A stretch of 64,000 nt of DNA, taken from positions 2,502 to 66,501 of the forward strand of contig DAZU01000067.1 of the NCBI GenBank assembly GCA_002507425.1, given 5' to 3'. The position numbers were made by a program, and so were the translations under genes. Every line of letters begins with the position of its first letter. Positions within the stretch are counted from its first letter, which is position 1. Below are positions 56,498-64,000 of the stretch, piece by piece. The notes beneath the pieces were generated by a model, which did not search any database, was not told the DNA's origin, and was given only the letters and a program-made list of their open reading frames with translations. This DNA is from Euryarchaeota archaeon UBA53 (lineage in GTDB: Archaea; Thermoplasmatota; Poseidoniia; Poseidoniales; Poseidoniaceae).

Positions 56498-57670
56498 ATG
56501 CGCTTTGAAGAGACGGAAGAGCAACAGATGATTCGCGAGATGGTAAGAGACTTTGCTGAATCAGTTTTACCTGAAACTATCGAGCATAGAGACGCCAATC
56601 AGGTTCCTCCTGCAGAGGAATGGGAGCAATTTTTGGAGTATGGATTACAAGGGATTGCGATTCCGGAGGAATATGGCGGCAACCCGGTTGATGATATTTC
56701 AGAGGCGATTATAATTGAAGAGCTCGCAAGAGTAGACCCTTCCTTCTCGGTGATGTTCTGTGTTCACGTCGGTCTATGTTCAAAAACCATAGCATTGCAC
56801 GGTAATGAAGAACAAAAGAAAAAGTATCTGACTAGACTTGCAGCAGGTGAAGTTGGTGCTTACTCACTTTCTGAAGCAGGTGCTGGAACGGACGCAGCTG
56901 CAATGGTCTGTAAAGCGAAACTTTCTGACGACGGTAAACATTACATCCTTAATGGAGAGAAAATGTGGGTCACTAACGGATCGCAAGCTCAAATTTACGT
57001 TCTATTCGCAAAGGATGTCGATCATCCAGATTACGGCGTCAAAAGGCATGGTGGCTCAACCGCATTTATTGTAGAGCAATCTTTTGAAGGTTTCACTGTC
57101 GGAAAGAAAGAGGATAAATTAGGAATAAGGTCTTCCGATACATGCACTTTGGTATTAGAGAATTGCAAGGTTCCAGTTGAAAATGTCTTGAAAGGGTCCG
57201 GAAAAGGGTTTGCGATTGCCATGAATGCTCTAGATAACTCAAGAATAGGTATTGCAGCACAGGCTCTAGGTATATCTCAGGGAGCCTATGAAGCCGCTTT
57301 GAAGTATTCACATGAAAGAGAAGCATTCGGGAAACCAATTGCAAATCATCAAATGATAACCTCGTACCTTGCCGACATGGCAACTAGGATAGATGCATCT
57401 AGATTACTCGTATACAAGGCATCATGGGCTAAAGAAGAACATTATGAAAATGGAGGGCCAAGACACACAAAAGAAGCTAGTATGGCAAAATTATATGCTG
57501 GCGATACTGCGATGTGGGTCACAGAAAAAGCAATTCAAGTCTTAGGTGGATATGGATATACAAAAGAATTCCCGGTTGAGAGATTCTTCCGTGACGCTAA
57601 GATTACTCAGATATATGAAGGAACACAAGAAGTCCAAAGAATCGTCATAGCGAGAGCAATTCAACCATGA
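56498..57670 (+). CDS. acyl-CoA dehydrogenase
   Basis: TEEQQMIREMVRDFAE, GAGTDAAAM, catalytic YEGTQEVQRIVIARAI C-terminus. About 390 aa. Confidence 0.9.
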   Translation: MRFEETEEQQMIREMVRDFAESVLPETIEHRDANQVPPAEEWEQFLEYGLQGIAIPEEYGGNPVDDISEAIIIEELARVDPSFSVMFCVHVGLCSKTIALHGNEEQKKKYLTRLAAGEVGAYSLSEAGAGTDAAAMVCKAKLSDDGKHYILNGEKMWVTNGSQAQIYVLFAKDVDHPDYGVKRHGGSTAFIVEQSFEGFTVGKKEDKLGIRSSDTCTLVLENCKVPVENVLKGSGKGFAIAMNALDNSRIGIAAQALGISQGAYEAALKYSHEREAFGKPIANHQMITSYLADMATRIDASRLLVYKASWAKEEHYENGGPRHTKEASMAKLYAGDTAMWVTEKAIQVLGGYGYTKEFPVERFFRDAKITQIYEGTQEVQRIVIARAIQP

Positions 57671-57703
57671 CTTGGTTTTGTGATAGAACCCATTAGCAAC
57701 AGC

Positions 57704-59443
57704 TCAATTTAAGCCGTCTCTAATCCAGTTGATAATCTGGTTATATTTGGAGTCAGTATTGTAAGGCAAATGGTGATCAGCAGTTTGGCTATGAACATCC
57801 AAAGAGTTCGAAAACTTCTGAGCCAAAGCAGGCGCAAGGTCTTTGAAATTAACGTCATTTTCTCCTGAAAATACCATCGCTGGAACAGTGAAAGGTGCGA
57901 CTTCGTTAATTGTGTCAATAAGCCCTTCGTGAGTTGTAGGAAGGTATCCATTATACATCATAACTCGATTGAAAGTGTTGTCTGTATTAGCAAGATATAC
58001 CGGTATCATTGCAGCACCTTGAGAATAGCCCAATATTGCATAGAAAGGCCCTTGTTCTTCGACTATTTGGTCCAAATAACTGATTGACCTATCTGCCCAG
58101 TTTCTGTCTGTTGTTGGCTCTCCTTTACCTCCAGGTGGGTCTTTAATCCAGACATTGTTGCTTTCAGGTGTGCTTGCAAATACGAATTCAAACTCGCTCA
58201 AAGTATTCATCAAGTGTTGCATACCTTGTTGGTTCCTAAGGCCGTTTGCAGTTTCGCCTCCTCCGTGGAGTGCTAGAATCTTCAACGGCTGCTGAGGACC
58301 TATTTGGGAATCAGAGCATCCTACTGCATTTACCTGTTCACCGATAGGGGTCTCAGGACATTCATCCAAATTATTTGAAACTCCATCACTATCGTCGTCT
58401 TTTTGCGACTCTGCGCACCCTTGTGTATCAATGGCTTCGTTTTCGGGGGTGTTAGGGCATAGGTCTAAATCGTTAGTTAATCCATCATTATCATCGTCTT
58501 TTTGAGATTCAGAACATCCGTTATTATCAACAGACTTTCCTAGTTGGGTCATCGGACAAATATCCATGTCATTCATTATTCCATCATCGTCGTCGTCGGT
58601 TTCAGAATCCGAACACCCAGTTGAATACACTGGTTCTCCCTCTGGTGTGGAAGGGCAATCATCGACATCGTCCAGCACAGCATCACCATCCAGGTCTCCA
58701 ACTGGCTCTGGTGGCATTGGTAGCGTGACATCCACCGAGACTTCAGATATAGTAAACATACCGCAGGTTACGAAAAGTAAGCCATCAGTGTTATGTGTTG
58801 ATGTGTCGATTGTCAATGCATACAGTCCTATCGAACTGATATCTTCTGCTGTGACAAACATTGCTGGATTTTGTCCATCGGGGCGATATTCAAGATTACA
58901 GGTCTGAGGATAATTATGTAAAATTACGCCTCTTAAAGTTCCAATACTTTCATTCTGTGCAGGCTCTTCCCATGTGAACGTTATGTTAGCTTCTGGCTCG
59001 ACTGGCTTGACGATTTCTATTGAGGATGTAACTGAGTTACTTTGACTTCCTAATTCATCATATGCCTTAGCATCGATAATCCAAATTCCCGGATCTGATA
59101 GAGGAGTTTCTATGGTCCACAATCCTGAATTATCAAGGGAAATATTGTATGAGATTACAGGATTGATTTGATCATCTAAAATATTTATGAAAACATTAGA
59201 AGATTCAAGGTTTTCATCATATACGAATCCTTCTATTGTTGCGTTATTACCATTCCATAAGTGTTTGAATGAATCACTTAAAACGAGCTTTGGAGGATTG
59301 TTTTCATCTTCTTTTTCGACTATTTCTTGTATGGGTTCCTCATTATCCGTATTATCAGATTCAGTTAGAACAAATACGGTTGCTCCGGAACCTGCCATCA
59401 GAAAAACGACAAATAGACTTAGACCCAATGTCCTGCCATCCAT
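57704..59443 (-). CDS. secreted alpha/beta-hydrolase (esterase) with central thrombospondin type-3-like Ca-binding repeats
   Basis: N-terminal signal peptide. Four repeats of DDDxDGxxNDxDxCPxT...GCS(D/E)SQ. C-terminal hydrolase domain with GYSQGAAM (GxSxG nucleophile elbow). 579 aa. Confidence 0.6.
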   Translation of the reverse strand: MDGRTLGLSLFVVFLMAGSGATVFVLTESDNTDNEEPIQEIVEKEDENNPPKLVLSDSFKHLWNGNNATIEGFVYDENLESSNVFINILDDQINPVISYNISLDNSGLWTIETPLSDPGIWIIDAKAYDELGSQSNSVTSSIEIVKPVEPEANITFTWEEPAQNESIGTLRGVILHNYPQTCNLEYRPDGQNPAMFVTAEDISSIGLYALTIDTSTHNTDGLLFVTCGMFTISEVSVDVTLPMPPEPVGDLDGDAVLDDVDDCPSTPEGEPVYSTGCSDSETDDDDDGIMNDMDICPMTQLGKSVDNNGCSESQKDDDNDGLTNDLDLCPNTPENEAIDTQGCAESQKDDDSDGVSNNLDECPETPIGEQVNAVGCSDSQIGPQQPLKILALHGGGETANGLRNQQGMQHLMNTLSEFEFVFASTPESNNVWIKDPPGGKGEPTTDRNWADRSISYLDQIVEEQGPFYAILGYSQGAAMIPVYLANTDNTFNRVMMYNGYLPTTHEGLIDTINEVAPFTVPAMVFSGENDVNFKDLAPALAQKFSNSLDVHSQTADHHLPYNTDSKYNQIINWIRDGLN

Positions 59444-59620
59444 GCCCCCTAGGAAATTATCAAATGTTATAATCGTAATTGAGAGATGATTTAGAAATTA
59501 GAAATGATTTGCGAGACATTTGCTACCTCGAATATCATTCCATATGTGGTTTTATTTTATAGGATGGTTCAGCTTGAAGTATTATAACAGGTGATTTAGA
59601 TATTTGACAGAAATGAGTTT

Positions 59621-61522
59621 TTGGAAGAGTTTTCTCACTTAGAAATTCCAATAGTTCATTCACTAGTAGTTCGGTTTTTTACAGAATCAAACAATATATC
59701 TGATTCAAATTTCTCAAAAAATGAATTCTTGAAAGGGATAATTGAAAAAACAACGAATCAATTTGAATCTATGTGTTCTCCTGGTATTGAATTTTCATTT
59801 CCTGATATTGGGAATAATATGCAGATAGAGGATGTGGAAGCAATTTTTGAATCACTTATCGATTCAGACAGGAAAAAAAAGCAAGGTGTTGTATACACTC
59901 CGGACTACATAATTGACTACCTAATATCTGAATCGTTGAATATGAGCACTAAGCACCCAAAAGATTTGACTATCTGTGACCCAGCATGCGGAAGTGGGGG
60001 TTTCTTGGTAGGAGCCTGCGGTATCTTACTTAAGCAAGGTATAGATGTCAAACATTTTATTGACAATCAAATAATCGGTTTTGACATAAGTGAAGAATCG
60101 GTTGAATTTGCTAAATCTCATGTGTTACTCTACCTTTTGAATCGTGGGTATGATGTTTCGGATATTGAACCGCAAATATTTGCCATGGACACGCTCTTAG
60201 AAAATCCTGAACAACTTTGGGAGAGGATTGGAAATGAGGAAGGCTTCGATATTGTTGCTACAAACCCTCCATATGTCAAATTGCAAAATTTGTCCACAGT
60301 TTACCGAGAGGAGCTCCGACACAAATACAAAGACTTCACAACTGGAAATTACAGTCTTGCAATGCTATATTTTGTAGCATGCCACAGAATGATAAACCCC
60401 TTAGGAGTTACCGCTTTCATTACACAGAACAACGTATTTACTTCTAATTCAGCAACAAAAATTAGGCAATATGCAAAGGAAACAAAGTGTATCAGAAGAG
60501 TGGTAAATTTCTCGCACCACCTAATTTTTGATGGTATTCTTGCCTACACATGTTTGATTTTCCAAGATAATGACTTGTTAAAGAACACGTTCGAATTCAA
60601 AGATATGTACAAGGGTATCAATACTAGCTCCTTGCCTTTTGTCGGTTTTTCAGATATACCATATTCTAGCCTTGGTTCAAAAAAATGGAGGTTAGCCGAA
60701 AATCCACACAGATTGAATATTTCTAAAATCGAAAATACAGGTGTGTGCCTTGGAGAATTATGTGAAATCAAGGTCGGATTCGCGACATTGAGAGACAAAG
60801 TATTCCAATCTAAAATGAAAAGAGGAAAATGGTTTGCAAAGACGCTTAACGGGGAAGATGTTGAGATCGAAAGTAATTTGATAAAATCAGCCATCAAGAT
60901 TTCAGAAATTACTGATGACCTAGACTTGTCGGAAAACAAGAGAGGGATAATTTTCCCTTACAAACAGGTTGATGGGTTTTACAAATTGATTAATGAAGAT
61001 GAAATAAAATCAAAATCGCCAAGAACTTTCAAACATTTATTTGCCTGCAAAACAGAACTTGCCAAAAGAGATGCAGGGAATCGAGCGAAACAAGAGAAGT
61101 ATGGGGCTTGGTATGCTTGGGGTCGAAAACAAGGTATCTACTCTAAAGGTCCAAAATTGCTCACAAAGACATTCGATAAGAAACCCAATTTTAGAATAGA
61201 TCCCTCTGATAGTTTATTTTCAAACGGTTATGCAATCATGCCTCAAAAGCCAATTAAAAGTGGTGTTGAGATTCCTTTAATCACCTTGCAAAGAATACTC
61301 AATAGTAGGTTTATGCATTACTATGCCAAACTAACATCATTCCAGATTAGCGGGGATTATCAGTGTTATCAAAAGAATTTTATTGAATCTTTTGGAATTC
61401 CTGTTTTAGATATTAAGGACTACAAATTTATCGAGACATGCACAGATACTGAACTGGAACATCTTTTATCAAAGTCATATGATATTTCATTAAAGCATAT
61501 CGATGAATACTTTGAGTATTAG
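59621..61522 (+). CDS. gamma-class N6-adenine DNA methyltransferase (solitary; no adjacent nuclease gene)
   Basis: Motif X GVVYTPDYIIDYL, motif I LTICDPACGSGGFLVGA, motif IV DIVATNPPYV, in X-I-IV order (gamma class). About 330-aa C-terminal target-recognition region. TTG start at 59621; true start uncertain. Confidence 0.75.
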   Translation: MEEFSHLEIPIVHSLVVRFFTESNNISDSNFSKNEFLKGIIEKTTNQFESMCSPGIEFSFPDIGNNMQIEDVEAIFESLIDSDRKKKQGVVYTPDYIIDYLISESLNMSTKHPKDLTICDPACGSGGFLVGACGILLKQGIDVKHFIDNQIIGFDISEESVEFAKSHVLLYLLNRGYDVSDIEPQIFAMDTLLENPEQLWERIGNEEGFDIVATNPPYVKLQNLSTVYREELRHKYKDFTTGNYSLAMLYFVACHRMINPLGVTAFITQNNVFTSNSATKIRQYAKETKCIRRVVNFSHHLIFDGILAYTCLIFQDNDLLKNTFEFKDMYKGINTSSLPFVGFSDIPYSSLGSKKWRLAENPHRLNISKIENTGVCLGELCEIKVGFATLRDKVFQSKMKRGKWFAKTLNGEDVEIESNLIKSAIKISEITDDLDLSENKRGIIFPYKQVDGFYKLINEDEIKSKSPRTFKHLFACKTELAKRDAGNRAKQEKYGAWYAWGRKQGIYSKGPKLLTKTFDKKPNFRIDPSDSLFSNGYAIMPQKPIKSGVEIPLITLQRILNSRFMHYYAKLTSFQISGDYQCYQKNFIESFGIPVLDIKDYKFIETCTDTELEHLLSKSYDISLKHIDEYFEY

Positions 61523-61586
61523 TAGTAACGCTTGTAATCTTGCGTGTATGGAAACTATTCATTATCAATTAATTTTTGGGGAGTGT

Positions 61587-63278
61587 ATGGCTGAATTCAT
61601 AAGGTTCGACTTCCCTATACCTAACGATGAAAAAGTCCATAAAATTTGGAACGAAATATCTACGCTAAGGCATGATGTTTACGCAGAAGAGTTACAGCAA
61701 TATTATACAAATGACGAAGGTAAGCTAGAAGATCCAGGGAAACATTTTGTAGTATGTTTAGAGGATGACGAGTTCGTAGGTTACGTTAGCTTGAATCCTC
61801 CAAATAAACAACCATTCAGGTTAACAAAGTATTTTTCGACAGAAATGTTGCACAAAACGGTTTTTGCATCATGCTATGATTTAGAGTCGACATTTGAGGT
61901 AAGAGGGCTTACCGTTTCACAAAAATATCGAGGTCAGAATTATTCAACAAGTTTAATGCGCCATGCTTTGGAATTTGTTGTGGAGCATGGCGGCACCGAC
62001 ATAGTCGCTATGGGACATTCAGACGTAACAAATATGTATGCGAGAAACGGAATGAAAATCTTCGAGGAAATTGGTGTCAAACATGGTAAGATTGTGTATT
62101 ACCCAATGCATTTGAATGTCAGTAAAACATTGACACAGTTTGCTGCCAAAATTCAAGAAAACAAAGACATTGAAACCAGCGACGATACATGCTATCACGG
62201 AGGTCAGTCATGGGATACTTCTGGCTTTGATTTTAATATTCGTGATTCCTTGATAGTTGCTGATGTTTTGGACAGTCCATTTCCACCGTGCCCCGAAGCC
62301 CTGCAAGTAATCAGGTCCCAACTTGCAAGATGTTGTCAGGAATCACCTCCTACACAGTGTGAAGAATTAATAGAAACAATAGCCGAAATTAGAGATATTC
62401 CTAGCAGAAATGTAGCAGTTTCTTCAGGATCTTCATCACTAATGTTTACTCTACTTCCTCAGTTACTAAATAGGAATTCCAGTGTGATGATACTATCACC
62501 AATGTATGGTGAATATAGCCATATACTTCACCATGTAATAGGATGTAGTGTCACGTATTTTGTTCTTGAGGATGACAATGGATTCAAGATAAATCCTCAA
62601 GACTTGATATCACAAGCGATTGAGCATGACGCGGTTATTTTTGTGAACCCCAATAGCCCAACAGGCGTATATTGTGAAGAAATGTCAGATATTGTGCAAA
62701 AAATTGCGAAATCAAAAAATTCAAAATCAAATTGTAAGATGATATGGGTTGATGAGACCTACATCAACTATCTTCCAAATGCAGAATCTCTTGAGCGATT
62801 GTGCTCATCAGTTCCAGAATTAATAATTTGTAAAAGTATGAGTAAGTGTTACGCATTATCTGGACTCAGGGTCGCATATGCTGTTACTAAAGAAATGCCA
62901 AAACTCAAGAAATTCATTCCTCCTTGGGCTGTTAGTCTGCCCGGGCAACTTGCAGCAGTCGCAGCTTTACGCAATGAACCATATTATCTGAATCAGTATG
63001 AAATAATTCACGAAGAGCGGGAAAAAATGCACACTTCACTTGAATCACTCGGTTTTAGAGTATTTACAGGAGTTGCAAATTATCTTCTAACCTATCTTCC
63101 TGAAAAATCTGGTTTTTCATCTTCTCAATTTATTGAAACTTGTAAATCACATGGACTATTTGTTAGAGACGCACAAAACATGGGTCTTGAATTACCAAGT
63201 AATGCTGTAAGGTTTGCAGTTAGATCTCCAATAGAAAATAAGGCTATGTTAGAAATCATCGGCTCTATAATAAGTTAA
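61587..63278 (+). CDS. fusion protein: N-terminal GNAT acetyltransferase domain plus C-terminal class I/II PLP-dependent aminotransferase (histidinol-phosphate aminotransferase/CobD-like)
   Basis: GNAT block HFVVCLEDDEFVGYVSL...RGLTVSQKYRGQNYSTSLMRHALEFV. Aminotransferase blocks VNPNSPTG, WVDETY, SMSKCYALSGLRVAY (PLP lysine). ATG 61587 preceded by GGGGAG; the ORF also opens at 61503/61548, which would overlap the MTase gene. Confidence 0.6.
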   Translation: MAEFIRFDFPIPNDEKVHKIWNEISTLRHDVYAEELQQYYTNDEGKLEDPGKHFVVCLEDDEFVGYVSLNPPNKQPFRLTKYFSTEMLHKTVFASCYDLESTFEVRGLTVSQKYRGQNYSTSLMRHALEFVVEHGGTDIVAMGHSDVTNMYARNGMKIFEEIGVKHGKIVYYPMHLNVSKTLTQFAAKIQENKDIETSDDTCYHGGQSWDTSGFDFNIRDSLIVADVLDSPFPPCPEALQVIRSQLARCCQESPPTQCEELIETIAEIRDIPSRNVAVSSGSSSLMFTLLPQLLNRNSSVMILSPMYGEYSHILHHVIGCSVTYFVLEDDNGFKINPQDLISQAIEHDAVIFVNPNSPTGVYCEEMSDIVQKIAKSKNSKSNCKMIWVDETYINYLPNAESLERLCSSVPELIICKSMSKCYALSGLRVAYAVTKEMPKLKKFIPPWAVSLPGQLAAVAALRNEPYYLNQYEIIHEEREKMHTSLESLGFRVFTGVANYLLTYLPEKSGFSSSQFIETCKSHGLFVRDAQNMGLELPSNAVRFAVRSPIENKAMLEIIGSIIS

Positions 63279-63315
63279 CTTAAACGGTAACCATTGGCTT
63301 ATCCTAGAACTAATT

Positions 63316-63918
63316 TTACACATCGTTTGATTGATAGTTCAACTCCAAATGAGTAATTCTGCTTTCATTCAATCCTAATGTTCTTGCTTGTATTTGGAGC
63401 ATTTTTCTCTCCTCTTGAGTGATGATACCATCTTCCATTGCAATAGCAAATACTTCGAGATAAGTCTGCTCTGACTTGGTATGCGACTCAGGCATAATCG
63501 AAAAGGAAATTTTTGAGAATGTGGCAAAAATAGGTTTCCGGAGGAAAAGAATGGTCATTCCTATCAAAACGCCTCCTATCCATCCCATGCCTGCAATACT
63601 TTCCATTAATTCAGTTGCAATCAAAAAAGCAACTGTTCCAAGACCTGCGAAAAGTGCTCCTGAAAACGTCTTTCGCAATCGTTCGTCAATTCCAAGTACT
63701 TCGTGCTTCATGACTGCATAGGTGAATACAATACCCTCAAACAATCCTGCAAGAACCATACCTCCGATAATAAATGGAGTAGTAAATCCAGTGAGAACGG
63801 CCCATATTGGAACTTCTCCTTCGTTGACAAACTTATCGACATCAAACAAATCAGGATTGAACCAACTCAATTCAGGGCCTGTGACTGGGGAGAGGACGAA
63901 GAAAATAATCAAACACAT
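63316..63918 (-). CDS. membrane protein with C-terminal TerB-like domain
   Basis: 3-4 N-terminal TM helices, then SEQTYLEVFAIAMEDGIITQEERKMLQIQARTLGL. This resembles the TerB pattern (a.ADG.i...E...L...a..LGL). Weak by-eye call. Confidence 0.35.
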   Translation of the reverse strand: MCLIIFFVLSPVTGPELSWFNPDLFDVDKFVNEGEVPIWAVLTGFTTPFIIGGMVLAGLFEGIVFTYAVMKHEVLGIDERLRKTFSGALFAGLGTVAFLIATELMESIAGMGWIGGVLIGMTILFLRKPIFATFSKISFSIMPESHTKSEQTYLEVFAIAMEDGIITQEERKMLQIQARTLGLNESRITHLELNYQSNDV

Positions 63919-64000
63919 TAAAGAAAGGGATTGGAAAATTGTTTTGCCAATAAAGCCAAGCCGAACTGCGCGAATCTCGTTTCGTTCTGATTCAGAACCT

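Noticed and set aside
59621-63278. Complete restriction-modification system
   Set aside because: Only a methyltransferase is recognisable. The neighbouring ORFs are an esterase and a GNAT-aminotransferase, neither nuclease-like.
1-64000. CRISPR arrays, rRNA genes, IS elements or prophage genes
   Set aside because: No regularly spaced short repeats, no rRNA-like conserved stretches, and no transposase, integrase or capsid/terminase-like ORFs. Intergenic regions are all under about 200 bp.

Overview
This 64 kb window is an archaeal chromosomal segment, roughly 40-45% GC by eye, densely packed with genes on both strands. It is mostly housekeeping. The archaeal assignment rests on a complete A-type ATP synthase operon (atpHIKECFAB D), RpoK, aIF2-gamma, S6e, Orc1/Cdc6, Dph2, PurP and the archaeal DKFP/aspartate-semialdehyde shikimate pathway genes. 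The coexistence of heme A/heme O synthases and class II-like HMG-CoA reductase suggests an aerobic euryarchaeon, perhaps Thermoplasmatota or Marine Group II; that is inference only.

Recognisable blocks, in order:
- a truncated MoxR ATPase with its DUF58 partner;
- an aroA'-aroB'-aroK-aroC-aspartokinase operon;
- an HTH_10 regulator divergent from a MacB-type ABC exporter;
- a membrane-anchored coiled-coil protein carrying two recently duplicated TerD-like domains;
- purP, tryptophan 2,3-dioxygenase and rpoK;
- an exported thioredoxin-fold protein with ctaA and ctaB;
- a tRNA-Ser(GCU), followed by surface-protein genes and three tandem KaiC-like paralogs, two of them catalytically degenerate;
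- the ATP synthase operon;
- an M50-like membrane protein that has lost its catalytic motifs;
- panE, nadB and smc-scpA-scpB, where scpB sits in the scpA frame behind a single stop codon and has no canonical start;
- HMG-CoA reductase;
- a tight three-gene operon (degenerate arch-ATPase/Cdc6-like winged-helix protein, PQQ-like beta-propeller, small HEPN-like protein) preceded by direct repeats;
- a PIN protein with eif2g, rps6e and orc1/cdc6;
- dph2, gcvH, an acyl-CoA dehydrogenase, a secreted TSP3-repeat esterase, a solitary gamma-class N6A DNA methyltransferase, a GNAT-aminotransferase fusion and a TerB-like membrane protein.

I saw no CRISPR array, rRNA, transposase or integrase. The strongest candidates for something new are the tandem-TerD membrane protein, the KaiC-like triad, the three-gene ATPase/propeller/HEPN operon and the scpA/scpB junction. 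All domain assignments come from reading motifs by eye and need HMM or structural confirmation.
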